In this document: piece by piece, positions 1-7,485 of the stretch
How the letters are laid out: each line of letters starts with the position of its first letter
Position numbering within the stretch: position 1 is the first letter of the stretch
Virus record (IMG/VR): IMGVR_UViG_2695420485_000001
Origin: a virus
Lineage: Duplodnaviria; Heunggongvirae; Uroviricota; Caudoviricetes
DNA: 10,884 nt
Direction: 5' to 3' (one strand)
Program-made: the position numbers and the translations under genes
The notes under the pieces: generated by a model
The model's input: only the letters and a program-made list of their open reading frames with translations
The model's database searches: none
What the model was told of the DNA's origin: nothing

Positions 1-17
1 AGTTCACTTTGGTTATT

Positions 18-32
18 GCGCTTTGTCAGCGC
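18..32 (-). promoter_or_regulatory. nutL boxB-like hairpin (GCGCUGACAAAGCGC on the leftward pL transcript)
   Basis: Plus strand 18-32 gcgctttgtcagcgc; on the minus strand this gives a 5-bp stem GCGCU/AGCGC with loop GACAA, about 65-80 nt downstream of the pL start. Matches the P22-type boxB as I recall it, not the lambda GAAAA loop. No convincing boxA found by eye. Confidence 0.5.
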
Positions 33-100
33 CGTAGATTCATATTCGAATCGTTGTATATTCACCGCCCTGGTGAGTAGTGCGTCCTGCTGATGTGTTT

Positions 101-163
101 AGTATCACCGCCAGTGGTATTTATGTCAGCACCGCCAGAGATAATTTATCACCACAGATGGTT
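101..163 (-). promoter_or_regulatory. OL1-OL2-OL3 operators with leftward promoter pL
   Basis: Three 17-bp sites: tatcaccgccagtggta (103-119), cagcaccgccagagata (127-143), tatcaccacagatggtt (147-163). Minus strand reads CTGACA-17 nt-GATACT (-35 at 124-129, -10 at 101-106). Near-identical to lambda OL/pL from memory. Confidence 0.85.
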
Positions 164-310
164 ATCTGTATGTTTTTTATATAGATTTATTTTTTTGCAG
201 GGGTGTGTGGCTTGGGAGGTGATCGAGAGATCTGAATTGCGATGTTTAGTGAGTTGTATCTATTAATTTTCAAATAAATACAATTGGTTATGTGTTTTGG
301 GGCGAACGTG

Positions 311-345
311 AGGCAAAGAAAACCCGGCGCGGTGGCCGGGTTTAT
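311..345. terminator. Hairpin terminator closing the leftward immunity operon (tIMM position), possibly bidirectional
   Basis: Stem cccggc (323-328) / gccggg (335-340) with a 6-nt loop. On the minus strand it is followed by UUUUCUUUG, on the plus strand by tttatttatt. Lies immediately beyond the stop of the 216-aa minus-strand gene. Confidence 0.6.
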
Positions 346-996
346 TTATTGCTTAGGAGCTTGTTGTGATGACGATTGGTTAGTTGGAGCGCTCGTTAAT
401 GGTTGCTGTGTCGGTACCTGTATTATAATTGGAGCCGGGCTGGTTACTGATGGTGACTTGTCATTGCCGGAGATAATCCAACTTGAGGCTAACATCACGC
501 CAGACAGAATCACAGTAACTAAAGTCAAGCCAACGGCCATCGCCCACTGAGTCGTTGTAAGTCCCGTTTTCAAACCGCCGATTTCACCTTTAATTTCAGC
601 AATACCTCTCTCAATAGAAGAAAATTGCTGAGTATAATAGGTTTTAAAGTCAGCTGATTCGCGACGCATTTCCGCAGCAATAGACTCTACCTCTGATTTG
701 TTTTGTGAAAGCTTTGCGTCAAGTTCTTCTCTGGACATTCCGCTCACGCTTACCTCCAGGGTATCACTCTTCATCGCTACATCTTCCTTACTTGGGCGCA
801 AACCCGTTTCGTCCATGGCGTATGAAACTCTATTTGATACCTTAGCATCAATACCAATACTTTGGTACTGAGATGGATCCCCATAAGGAGAAACGGTTGT
901 CGCTGCTAGGGTTGCACTAACTATAATACTTGGAAGAACTGATGATGTTGTTCCTGAGGTAGGTTGAACTGAAGAAACTGGCTTCAGTCTTTCCAT
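346..996 (-). CDS. Hypothetical membrane-anchored protein, 216 aa: S/T-rich N-terminus, charged coiled-coil-like middle, one predicted TM helix (WAMAVGLTLVTVILSGVMLASSWII), S/P/T/Q-rich tail
   Basis: Long minus-strand ORF in the position of lambda rexB. Its ATG (996..994) overlaps the stop of the upstream 88-aa gene (ATGGAAAGACTGA), indicating translational coupling. AT-rich relative to cI. No family recognised. Confidence 0.75.
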   Translation of the reverse strand: MERLKPVSSVQPTSGTTSSVLPSIIVSATLAATTVSPYGDPSQYQSIGIDAKVSNRVSYAMDETGLRPSKEDVAMKSDTLEVSVSGMSREELDAKLSQNKSEVESIAAEMRRESADFKTYYTQQFSSIERGIAEIKGEIGGLKTGLTTTQWAMAVGLTLVTVILSGVMLASSWIISGNDKSPSVTSPAPIIIQVPTQQPLTSAPTNQSSSQQAPKQ

Positions 997-1250
997 AGCC
1001 CATTATCCCTGAGAGCTACCTGTAATGATTTTACTAATGCAACAGCTTGATCCGGGCTCATTGAGACTGACATGTTAGGGGTCAACTCAACTTTTACTTG
1101 GAAGCTATTCTTTCCTTGCTCATCAGACTGCATGTGATGCTCAAATTCATGGCGGTAAAAAGTAATGATTGTTTCAGCACGATCAGGCGTAATAAGAACT
1201 GATGTGGCGGTCATGTGCTGAGGTATGATTTTAATAGTGTTATCTGACAT
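984..1250 (-). CDS. Hypothetical soluble protein, 88 aa (MSDNTIKIIPQH...GLWKD), His/Glu-rich; the ORF extends to an ATG at 1391 (135 aa) but that start lacks a Shine-Dalgarno
   Basis: Minus-strand ORF. The internal ATG at 1250..1248 is preceded by AAAAAGGA 7-8 nt upstream; the 1391 ATG has no SD. Stop overlaps the start of the 216-aa gene. No homology recognised. Confidence 0.6.
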   Translation of the reverse strand: MSDNTIKIIPQHMTATSVLITPDRAETIITFYRHEFEHHMQSDEQGKNSFQVKVELTPNMSVSMSPDQAVALVKSLQVALRDNGLWKD

Positions 1251-1442
1251 AAGTATCCTTTTTGTTTCCTTAGTATTTTTTTGCATTGACATCAGAAATA
1301 GCGAATCCACAAGAGTATGAGTAAAGCTAATCAGTTTAGTGATACGGTGACTATTAAAGTGGTAAACCACATCAAAGCTCGCAGAGTGCATACCAGGCTG
1401 TCACACATGACAAAGTAACGAGGATGCCTGATCTCATAGCGC

Positions 1443-1598
1443 TCAAAGAGACATGCCGATAATGGCATTAACCACGCATGACGCCATAAACACGCCGCCA
1501 ACGATGAAGCTGGCTTGGTTCTTCCTGGTAGCGCCAAGAGTCAACAGAACCACTGAAAGGGCAAAAAAAGGTATCGCGATTATGCTGAACGTGTTCAT
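1443..1598 (-). CDS. Small hydrophobic protein, 51 aa, two predicted TM helices (MNTFSIIAIPFFALSVVLLTLGATRKNQASFIVGGVFMASCVVNAIIGMSL); not in the supplied ORF track
   Basis: Hand translation of the minus strand: ATG at 1598..1596 preceded by GAGGT with 5-nt spacing, TGA at 1445..1443. Sits between the cI stop and the 88-aa gene, same orientation as the leftward operon. Strongly hydrophobic composition. Confidence 0.45.
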   Translation of the reverse strand: MNTFSIIAIPFFALSVVLLTLGATRKNQASFIVGGVFMASCVVNAIIGMSL

Positions 1599-1675
1599 GT
1601 TGACCTCAACTTATTTCGATTCTCCATCACCCTTAATCCGCCGCCCCATGTGTTTGTTGTGATTCGTTGCTGGCC

Positions 1676-2392
<717 letters not shown>

Positions 2393-2399
2393 TTAAATC

Positions 2400-2465
2400 T
2401 ATCACCGCAAGGGATAAATATCTAACACCGTGCGTGTTGACTATTTTACCTCTAGCGGTGATAAT
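2400..2465. promoter_or_regulatory. OR3-OR2-OR1 operators with divergent promoters PRM (leftward) and PR (rightward)
   Basis: OR3 tatcaccgcaagggata (2400-2416), OR2 taacaccgtgcgtgttg (2423-2439), OR1 tacctctagcggtgata (2447-2463). PR: -35 TTGACT (2437-2442), 17-nt spacer, -10 GATAAT (2460-2465). Confidence 0.9.
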
Positions 2466-2480
2466 GGTTGCATGTACTAA

Positions 2481-2690
<210 letters not shown>

Positions 2691-2697
2691 GTAACAC

Positions 2698-2743
2698 CGC
2701 TATTTTCACAATGGACATTCGTCCTACGTCGCTGACAAAGCGA
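2698..2743 (+). promoter_or_regulatory. nutR: boxA-like CGCTATTTT (2698-2706) and boxB hairpin UCGCUGACAAAGCGA (2729-2743)
   Basis: Located just after the cro stop, as in lambda. boxB is a 5-bp stem with loop GACAA, the same loop as the nutL element at 18-32. Confidence 0.55.
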
Positions 2744-2772
2744 GTCCCAATATATCTGACCAACTAAGGCCA

Positions 2773-2796
2773 TATGCGTTTCCACGCATACCTTTC
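2773..2796 (+). terminator. Candidate tR1 hairpin between nutR and cII
   Basis: Stem tatgcgt (2773-2779) / acgcata (2784-2790), loop ttcc, followed by CCUUUC. The weak U-tract suggests partial or rho-assisted termination. Confidence 0.3.
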
Positions 2797-2828
2797 AACT
2801 AGCTATTCACTATTGGAAATCATAAGAA

Positions 2829-3125
2829 ATGGAACAAACAAGTTACAGCAAACTATCCCAGCGTGACGTTGATCGCGCAGAAACAGATTTACTCATCAAC
2901 CTGTCAACGCTTACCCAGCGCGGTCTGGCAAAGATGATTGGCTGTCATGAATCGAAGATAAGCAGAACGGACTGGAGATTTATTGCTTCAGTCTTGTGTG
3001 CTTTCGGAATGGCATCAGACATCAGTCCGATTAGTAGAGCTTTTAAGTATGCGCTTGATGGAATCACAAAGAAAAAATCCCCGGTGGCCGCCGGGGACTC
3101 TAAGCAAATTGATATGCAATTCTGA
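2829..3125 (+). CDS. cII: CII-like transcriptional activator, 98 aa; lambda cII homolog but divergent
   Basis: Position between cro and O. HTH segment ESKISRTDW parallels lambda DKSQISRWKRDW and the C-terminus KKKSPVAAGDSKQIDMQF parallels lambda NKKRPAATERSEQIQMEF. The tO hairpin lies inside its 3' end, as in lambda. Confidence 0.8.
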   Translation: MEQTSYSKLSQRDVDRAETDLLINLSTLTQRGLAKMIGCHESKISRTDWRFIASVLCAFGMASDISPISRAFKYALDGITKKKSPVAAGDSKQIDMQF

Positions 3126-3147
3126 GGGAATTACTGGATCAATCAAC
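3071..3147 (-). ncRNA. oop: OOP antisense RNA (promoter pO in the 5' end of O, terminator tO inside the cII 3' end), about 77 nt
   Basis: Minus strand has -35 TTGAGT (plus 3178-3183), 18-nt spacer, -10 ATAATG (plus 3154-3159). Terminator hairpin ccccgg...ccgggg (plus 3079-3096) is followed on the minus strand by AUUUUUUC. Predicted length matches lambda OOP. Confidence 0.7.
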
Positions 3148-3157
3148 AGGAGTCATT

Positions 3158-4057
3158 ATGACAAATACAGCAAAAATACTCAACTTCGGCAGAGGTAACT
3201 TTGCCGGACAGGAGCGTAATGTGGCAGATCTCGATGATGGTTACGCCAGACTATCAAATATGCTGCTTGAGGCTTATTCAGGCGCAGATCTGACCAAGCG
3301 ACAGTTTAAAGTGCTGCTTGCCATTCTGCGTAAAACCTATGGGTGGAATAAACCAATGGACAGAATCACCGATTCTCAACTTAGCGAGATTACAAAGTTA
3401 CCTGTCAAACGGTGCAATGAAGCCAAGTTAGAACTCGTCAGAATGAATATTATCAAGCAGCAAGGCGGCATGTTTGGACCAAATAAAAACATCTCAGAAT
3501 GGTGTATCCCTCAAAACGAGGGAAAATCCCCTAAAACGAGGGATAAAACATCCCTCAAATTGGGGGATTGCTATCCCTCAAAACAGGGGGACACAAAAGA
3601 CACTATTACAAAAGAAAAAAGAAAAGATTATTCGTCCGAGAATTCTGGCGAATCCTCTGACCAGCCAGAAAACGATCTTTCTGTGGTTAAACCGGATGCT
3701 GCAATTCAGAGCGGCAGCAAGTGGGGGACAGCAGAAGACCTGACCGCCGCAGAGTGGATGTTTGACATGGTGAAGACTATCGCACCATCAGCCAGAAAAC
3801 CGAATTTTGCTGGGTGGGCTAACGATATCCGCCTGATGCGTGAACGTGACGGACGCAACCATCGCGACATGTGTGTACTGTTCCGCTGGGCATGCCAGGA
3901 CAACTTCTGGTCCGGTAACGTGCTTAGCCCGGCCAAACTCCGCGACAAGTGGACCCAGCTCGAAATCAACCGTAACAAGCAACAGGCAGCCGTGACAGCC
4001 AGCAAACCAAAACTCGACTTGACAAACACAGACTGGATTTACGGGGTGGATCTATGA
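3158..4057 (+). CDS. O: Replication initiator O, 299 aa
   Basis: Near-identical to lambda O as recalled (MTNTAKILNFGRGNFAGQERNVADLDDGYARLSNMLLEAY...DWIYGVDL). Contains the ori iterons internally. Confidence 0.97.
   Translation: MTNTAKILNFGRGNFAGQERNVADLDDGYARLSNMLLEAYSGADLTKRQFKVLLAILRKTYGWNKPMDRITDSQLSEITKLPVKRCNEAKLELVRMNIIKQQGGMFGPNKNISEWCIPQNEGKSPKTRDKTSLKLGDCYPSKQGDTKDTITKEKRKDYSSENSGESSDQPENDLSVVKPDAAIQSGSKWGTAEDLTAAEWMFDMVKTIAPSARKPNFAGWANDIRLMRERDGRNHRDMCVLFRWACQDNFWSGNVLSPAKLRDKWTQLEINRNKQQAAVTASKPKLDLTNTDWIYGVDL
3505..3640. repeat. Replication origin inside O: four ~19-bp iterons plus an adjacent AT-rich region
   Basis: tatccctcaaaacgaggga, aatcccctaaaacgaggga, acatccctcaaattgggggat, tatccctcaaaacaggggga, followed by cacaaaagacactattacaaaagaaaaaagaaaagattatt. 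Confidence 0.9.
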
Positions 4058-4755
4058 AAAACATCGCCGCACAGATGGTTAACTTTGACCGTGAGCAGAT
4101 GCGTCGGATCGCCAACAACATGCCGGAACAGTACGACGAAAAGCCTCAGGTACAGCAGGTAGCGCAGATCATCAACGGTGTGTTCAGCCAGTTACTGGCA
4201 ACTTTCCCGGCGAGCCTGGCTAACCGTGACCAGAACGAACTGAACGAAATCCGCCGCCAGTGGGTTCTGGCTTTCCGGGAAAACGGGATCACCACAATGG
4301 AACAGGTTAACGCAGGAATGCGCGTAGCCCGTCGGCAGAATCGACCATTTCTTCCATCACCCGGGCAGTTTGTTGCATGGTGCCGGGAAGAAGCATCCGT
4401 TATCGCCGGACTGCCAAACGTCAGCGAGCTGGTTGATATGGTTTACGAGTATTGCCGGAAGCGAGGCCTGTATCCGGATGCGGAGTCTTATCCGTGGAAA
4501 TCAAACGCGCACTACTGGCTGGTTACCAACCTGTATCAGAACATGCGGGCCAATGCGCTTACTGATGCGGAATTACGCCGTAAGGCCGCAGATGAGCTTG
4601 TCCATATGACTGCGAGAATTAACCGTGGTGAGGCGATCCCTGAACCAGTAAAACAACTTCCTGTCATGGGCGGTAGACCTCTAAATCGTGTTCAGGCGCT
4701 GGCGAAGATCGCAGAAATTAAAGCTAAGTTCGGACTGAAAGGAGCAAGTCTATGA
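4054..4755 (+). CDS. P: Replication protein P (DnaB helicase loader), 233 aa
   Basis: Near-identical to lambda P as recalled (MKNIAAQMVNFDREQMRRIANNMPEQYDEKPQVQQ...). ATGA overlap with the O stop. Confidence 0.97.
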   Translation: MKNIAAQMVNFDREQMRRIANNMPEQYDEKPQVQQVAQIINGVFSQLLATFPASLANRDQNELNEIRRQWVLAFRENGITTMEQVNAGMRVARRQNRPFLPSPGQFVAWCREEASVIAGLPNVSELVDMVYEYCRKRGLYPDAESYPWKSNAHYWLVTNLYQNMRANALTDAELRRKAADELVHMTARINRGEAIPEPVKQLPVMGGRPLNRVQALAKIAEIKAKFGLKGASL

Positions 4756-5042
4756 CGGGCAAAGAGGCAATTATTCATTATCTGGAGACGCACAAGAGCT
4801 TCTGTGCGCCGGACGTTGCCGCGCTAACAGGCGCAACAGTAACCAGCATAAATCAGGCTGCGGCTAAAATGGCACGGGCAGGTCTTCTGGTTATCGAAGG
4901 TAAGGTCTGGCGAACGGTGTATTACCGGTTTGCTACCAGGGAAGAACGGGAAGGAAAGATGAGCACGAACCTAATTTTTAAGGAGTGTCGCCAGAGTGCC
5001 GCGATGAAACGGGTATTGGCGGTATATGGAGTTAAAAGATGA
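4752..5042 (+). CDS. ren: Ren protein, 96 aa
   Basis: MTGKEAIIHYLETHKSFCAPDVAALTGATVTSINQAAAKMARAG..., near-identical to lambda Ren as recalled. ATGA overlap with the P stop. Confidence 0.93.
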   Translation: MTGKEAIIHYLETHKSFCAPDVAALTGATVTSINQAAAKMARAGLLVIEGKVWRTVYYRFATREEREGKMSTNLIFKECRQSAAMKRVLAVYGVKR

Positions 5043-5066
5043 CCATCTACATCACTGAGCTAATAA

Positions 5067-5097
5067 CAGGCCTGCTGGTAATCGCAGGCCTTTTTAT
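5067..5097 (+). terminator. Rho-independent terminator between ren and ninB (tR2 position)
   Basis: Stem aggcctgc (5068-5075) / gcaggcc (5084-5090), 8-nt loop, then TTTTTATTT. Confidence 0.65.
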
Positions 5098-5115
5098 TTG
5101 GGGGAGAGGGAAGTC

Positions 5116-5556
5116 ATGAAAAAACTAACCTTTGAAATTCGATCTCCAGCACATCAGCAGAACGCTATTCACGCAGTACAGCAAATCCTTCCAGACCCAA
5201 CCAAACCAATCGTAGTAACCATTCAGGAACGCAACCGCAGCTTAGACCAGAATCGAAAGCTTTGGGCTTGCCTTGGTGACGTCTCTCGTCAGGTTGAATG
5301 GCATGGTCGCTGGCTGGATGCAGAAAGCTGGAAGTGTGTGTTTACCGCAGCATTAAAGCAGCAGGATGTTGTTCCTAACCTTGCCGGGAATGGCTTTGTG
5401 GTAATAGGCCAGTCAACCAGCAGGATGCGTGTAAGCGAATTTGCGGAGCTATTAGAGCTTATACAGGCATTCGGTACAGAGCGTGGCGTTAAGTGGTCAG
5501 ACGAAGCGCGACTGGCTCTGGAATGGAAAGCGCGATGGGGAGACAGGGCGGCATGA
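5116..5556 (+). CDS. ninB: NinB (Orf recombination-mediator family), 146 aa
   Basis: [31 protein letters not shown]..., near-identical to lambda NinB as recalled. The track ORF begins at an upstream TTG (5098); the ATG at 5116 follows a GGGAGAGGGAAG Shine-Dalgarno. Confidence 0.93.
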   Translation: MKKLTFEIRSPAHQQNAIHAVQQILPDPTKPIVVTIQERNRSLDQNRKLWACLGDVSRQVEWHGRWLDAESWKCVFTAALKQQDVVPNLAGNGFVVIGQSTSRMRVSEFAELLELIQAFGTERGVKWSDEARLALEWKARWGDRAA

Positions 5557-5735
5557 GACGACAGCGACGAAGTTTCACCGACATCATCTGCGAAAACTGC
5601 AAATACCTTCCAACGAAACGCTCCAGAAATAAACGCAAGCCAATCCCAAAAGAATCTGACGTAAAAACCTTCAACTACACGGCTCACCTGTGGGATATCC
5701 GGTGGCTAAGACATCGTGCGAGGAAAACAAGGTGA
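5553..5735 (+). CDS. ninE: Small Cys-containing basic nin protein, 60 aa ([60 protein letters not shown]); best fits NinE by size, NinD not excluded
   Basis: ATG at 5553 overlaps the ninB stop (ATGA). The 60-aa length matches lambda NinE rather than NinD (57 aa); the sequence is recalled from memory, not searched. Confidence 0.7.
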   Translation: MRRQRRSFTDIICENCKYLPTKRSRNKRKPIPKESDVKTFNYTAHLWDIRWLRHRARKTR

Positions 5736-5765
5736 TTGACGCGATGATTTATTCGGGGCTATATT
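5736..5765 (+). promoter_or_regulatory. Strong sigma70-like promoter: TTGACG, 18-nt spacer, TATATT
   Basis: -35 at 5736-5741 and -10 at 5760-5765, immediately after the ninE stop, directed rightward toward the inserted module. Confidence 0.5.
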
Positions 5766-5771
5766 CCTCAC

Positions 5772-5848
5772 GCGCCAGCAAAATCTGGCGTCGGGATTAG
5801 CACCCCGGATATCGAAACGGTGCATAACCGCGCTGGCGGTTTTTTTAT
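5772..5848 (+). ncRNA. Candidate short terminated leader or sRNA (~75 nt) from the 5736-5765 promoter, ending at an intrinsic terminator
   Basis: Predicted start near 5772. Internal hairpins cgccag/ctggcg and cggg/cccg. Terminator stem aaccgc (5826-5831) / gcggtt (5836-5841) with loop gctg, followed by seven T. No ORF with a Shine-Dalgarno in the interval. Confidence 0.3.
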
Positions 5849-6010
5849 GCGCTAAGCACAGTCACATTCGCGATTTATGGCGGGCTGTGTGGGGGAGCCG
5901 AAAGGCTCGCCGGATGTTTCGACCGGTAGTGCTAACCCCGCACAGTTCGCCACCACGATGATTAGCACCTGACGGTGGCGAGGTAAAAATTATCGAAACG
6001 CGAGGTCATT

Positions 6011-6688
6011 ATGGCTGTTCAAATTTCTGTCGAAAACCTTTCCCCTGTTACCTATAACCAGATCCCCGTAATTACTACTGAACTGTTGGCTCACCTTTAC
6101 GGAACAAAAATCAAAAACATTTCTGATAACTTTCTGAACAACACGACGCGATTCATGCCCGGAAAGCATTACTTTAAAATTGAAAAAAACGAATTACGCG
6201 AGTTTAAGAACAGACCCGAAACAATCGGGTTAGTTGGTAAAAATGCCCGCGCCCTCATCCTCTGGACAGAACGCGGCGCAGCCCGTCACGCAAAAATGCT
6301 CGAAACCGATCAGGCGTGGGAAGTGTTCGAAAAACTGGAAGACTGCTATTTCAGCCAGTGCGAGAAAAATACTGGCAAACAAGAGAAGAAGCCCAACGGG
6401 CTTTCCGCAAAAGAAACAGACAGCCTTGTATGGCTGTGGGATTATGCCAACCGCTCACAGGCATTGTTCCGTGAGTTGTATCCCGCATTAAAACTGATTC
6501 AGTCTGGCTATTCCGGCATATGCTACGACTACGGTCATGAGTTCTCGTATGTTATTGGAATGGCGAGAGACGTTTTAATTAATCACACACGAGATGTTGA
6601 TATCAATGAGCCAGACGGACCAACGAACCTTCTGGCATGGGAAAGGCTTAAGAACAAAGAGTTGCCGCCTTCACTGCATCGCTACTGA
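6011..6688 (+). CDS. ORF6N (KilA-N-related) domain protein, 225 aa, with an unrecognised C-terminal domain
   Basis: N-terminal ~100 aa fit the ORF6N pattern ([33 protein letters not shown]...[34 protein letters not shown]). GAGGT Shine-Dalgarno 6 nt before the ATG. Followed by its own terminator. Confidence 0.7.
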   Translation: MAVQISVENLSPVTYNQIPVITTELLAHLYGTKIKNISDNFLNNTTRFMPGKHYFKIEKNELREFKNRPETIGLVGKNARALILWTERGAARHAKMLETDQAWEVFEKLEDCYFSQCEKNTGKQEKKPNGLSAKETDSLVWLWDYANRSQALFRELYPALKLIQSGYSGICYDYGHEFSYVIGMARDVLINHTRDVDINEPDGPTNLLAWERLKNKELPPSLHRY

Positions 6689-6703
6689 CAATTGACAACT
6701 TAA

Positions 6704-6731
6704 CAAACCCAGCTTCGGCTGGGTTTTTTAT
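6704..6731 (+). terminator. Rho-independent terminator after the ORF6N gene
   Basis: aacccagc ttcg gctgggtt: 8-bp stem, tetraloop, then TTTTTTATT. Confidence 0.75.
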
Positions 6732-6756
6732 TGCTGAATTTTCAATGTGAGAGGAC

Positions 6757-7485
6757 ATGACAATGAATGAGCTGATAAATAGCAATGCCATCAAAATGAC
6801 AAGCATTGAAATCGCTGAGTTGGTGGGAAGTCGTCATGACAAGGTGAAACAATCCATTGAACGACTGGCTGTTCGAGGTGTGATCCGAAATCCCCCAATG
6901 GTGGTTTTCGAAAAAATCAATAACTTAGGATTACTTCGTGGCGTAGAGGCTTACGTTTTTGAGGGCGAACAAGGTAAGCGCGACAGCATTATTGTCGTTG
7001 CCCAGTTGTCGCCGGAATTCACCGCTCGCCTTGTTGACCGCTGGCGAGAACTCGAAGGGGCAACCGCGAAAATACCACAAACCTTTTCTGAGGCATTGCG
7101 CCTTGCGGCCGACCTTGAAGACCAGAAGGCTGAACTGGAGAAACAGCTTGCTCTCGCAGCACCTAAAGTTGAGTTTGCCGATCGAGTTGGCGAGGCCAGC
7201 GGAATTTTGATTGGAAACTTTGCAAAGGTTGTTGGTATTGGTCCAAACAAACTGTTTGCGTGGATGCGCGATCACAAAATCCTTATTGCTTCAGGTGCCC
7301 GGCGCAATGTGCCAATGCAGGAATATATGGATCGCGGCTATTTCACAGTGAAAGAAACAGCGGTCAATACAAATCACGGAATACAGATATCGTTCACCAC
7401 AAAAATCACCGGGCGTGGTCAACAGTGGCTGACAAGAAAGCTGCTAGATAACGGAATGCTTAAAGTAACAGGGGAGGCTGCTTAA
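6757..7485 (+). CDS. Rha-family phage regulatory protein with a KilA-C/ANT-like C-terminal domain (antirepressor or Roi-like), 242 aa
   Basis: N-terminus [30 protein letters not shown] fits the Rha winged-helix pattern; C-terminus [48 protein letters not shown] fits the ANT/KilA-C pattern. GAGAGGA Shine-Dalgarno upstream. Stop overlaps the ninG start (TAATG). Confidence 0.7.
   Translation: MTMNELINSNAIKMTSIEIAELVGSRHDKVKQSIERLAVRGVIRNPPMVVFEKINNLGLLRGVEAYVFEGEQGKRDSIIVVAQLSPEFTARLVDRWRELEGATAKIPQTFSEALRLAADLEDQKAELEKQLALAAPKVEFADRVGEASGILIGNFAKVVGIGPNKLFAWMRDHKILIASGARRNVPMQEYMDRGYFTVKETAVNTNHGIQISFTTKITGRGQQWLTRKLLDNGMLKVTGEAA

Noticed and set aside
284-550. Plus-strand 88-aa ORF, Cys/Gly-rich
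   Set aside because: Antisense to the 3' end of the 216-aa minus-strand gene and runs through the terminator hairpin; low-complexity composition and no Shine-Dalgarno. Likely a shadow ORF.
984-1391. Full 135-aa version of the minus-strand ORF
   Set aside because: The ATG at 1391 has no ribosome-binding site, whereas the internal ATG at 1250 has AAAAAGGA upstream. The 88-aa form is preferred; the long form is not excluded.
1331-1662. Track ORFs 1331-1537 (minus) and 1453-1662 (plus) in the cI-proximal interval
   Set aside because: Neither has a convincing Shine-Dalgarno and both have odd compositions. The 51-aa minus-strand frame at 1443-1598 has a proper SD and hydrophobic composition and is the better coding candidate.
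3505-3591. Four tandem ~19-bp repeats, considered as a possible CRISPR-like array
   Set aside because: They are degenerate O-binding iterons of the replication origin inside the O coding frame, with no spacers or cas context.
2983-4029. ORFs 2983-3198 (plus), 3474-3743 (plus), 3706-4029 (minus) and 3788-3982 (minus)
   Set aside because: Overlap cII and O in other frames or antisense; the 3474-3743 frame is generated by the ori iterons. O is securely identified, so these are shadows.
4370-4609. Plus-strand 79-aa ORF inside P
   Set aside because: Alternative frame within the P gene.
5289-5687. Minus-strand ORFs 5289-5687 and 5489-5674
   Set aside because: Antisense to ninB and ninE, which are identified by homology.
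5877-5972. 31-aa plus-strand frame (MAGCVGEPKGSPDV...) in the ninE-ORF6N interval
   Set aside because: No Shine-Dalgarno, and it runs through the repeat and hairpin elements. Treated as non-coding regulatory sequence.
6234-7451. ORFs 6234-6491 (plus), 6931-7275 (minus), 6951-7250 (minus), 6959-7210 (plus) and 7260-7451 (plus)
   Set aside because: Alternative-frame or antisense ORFs inside the ORF6N and Rha-family genes, both supported by domain-level similarity and ribosome-binding sites.
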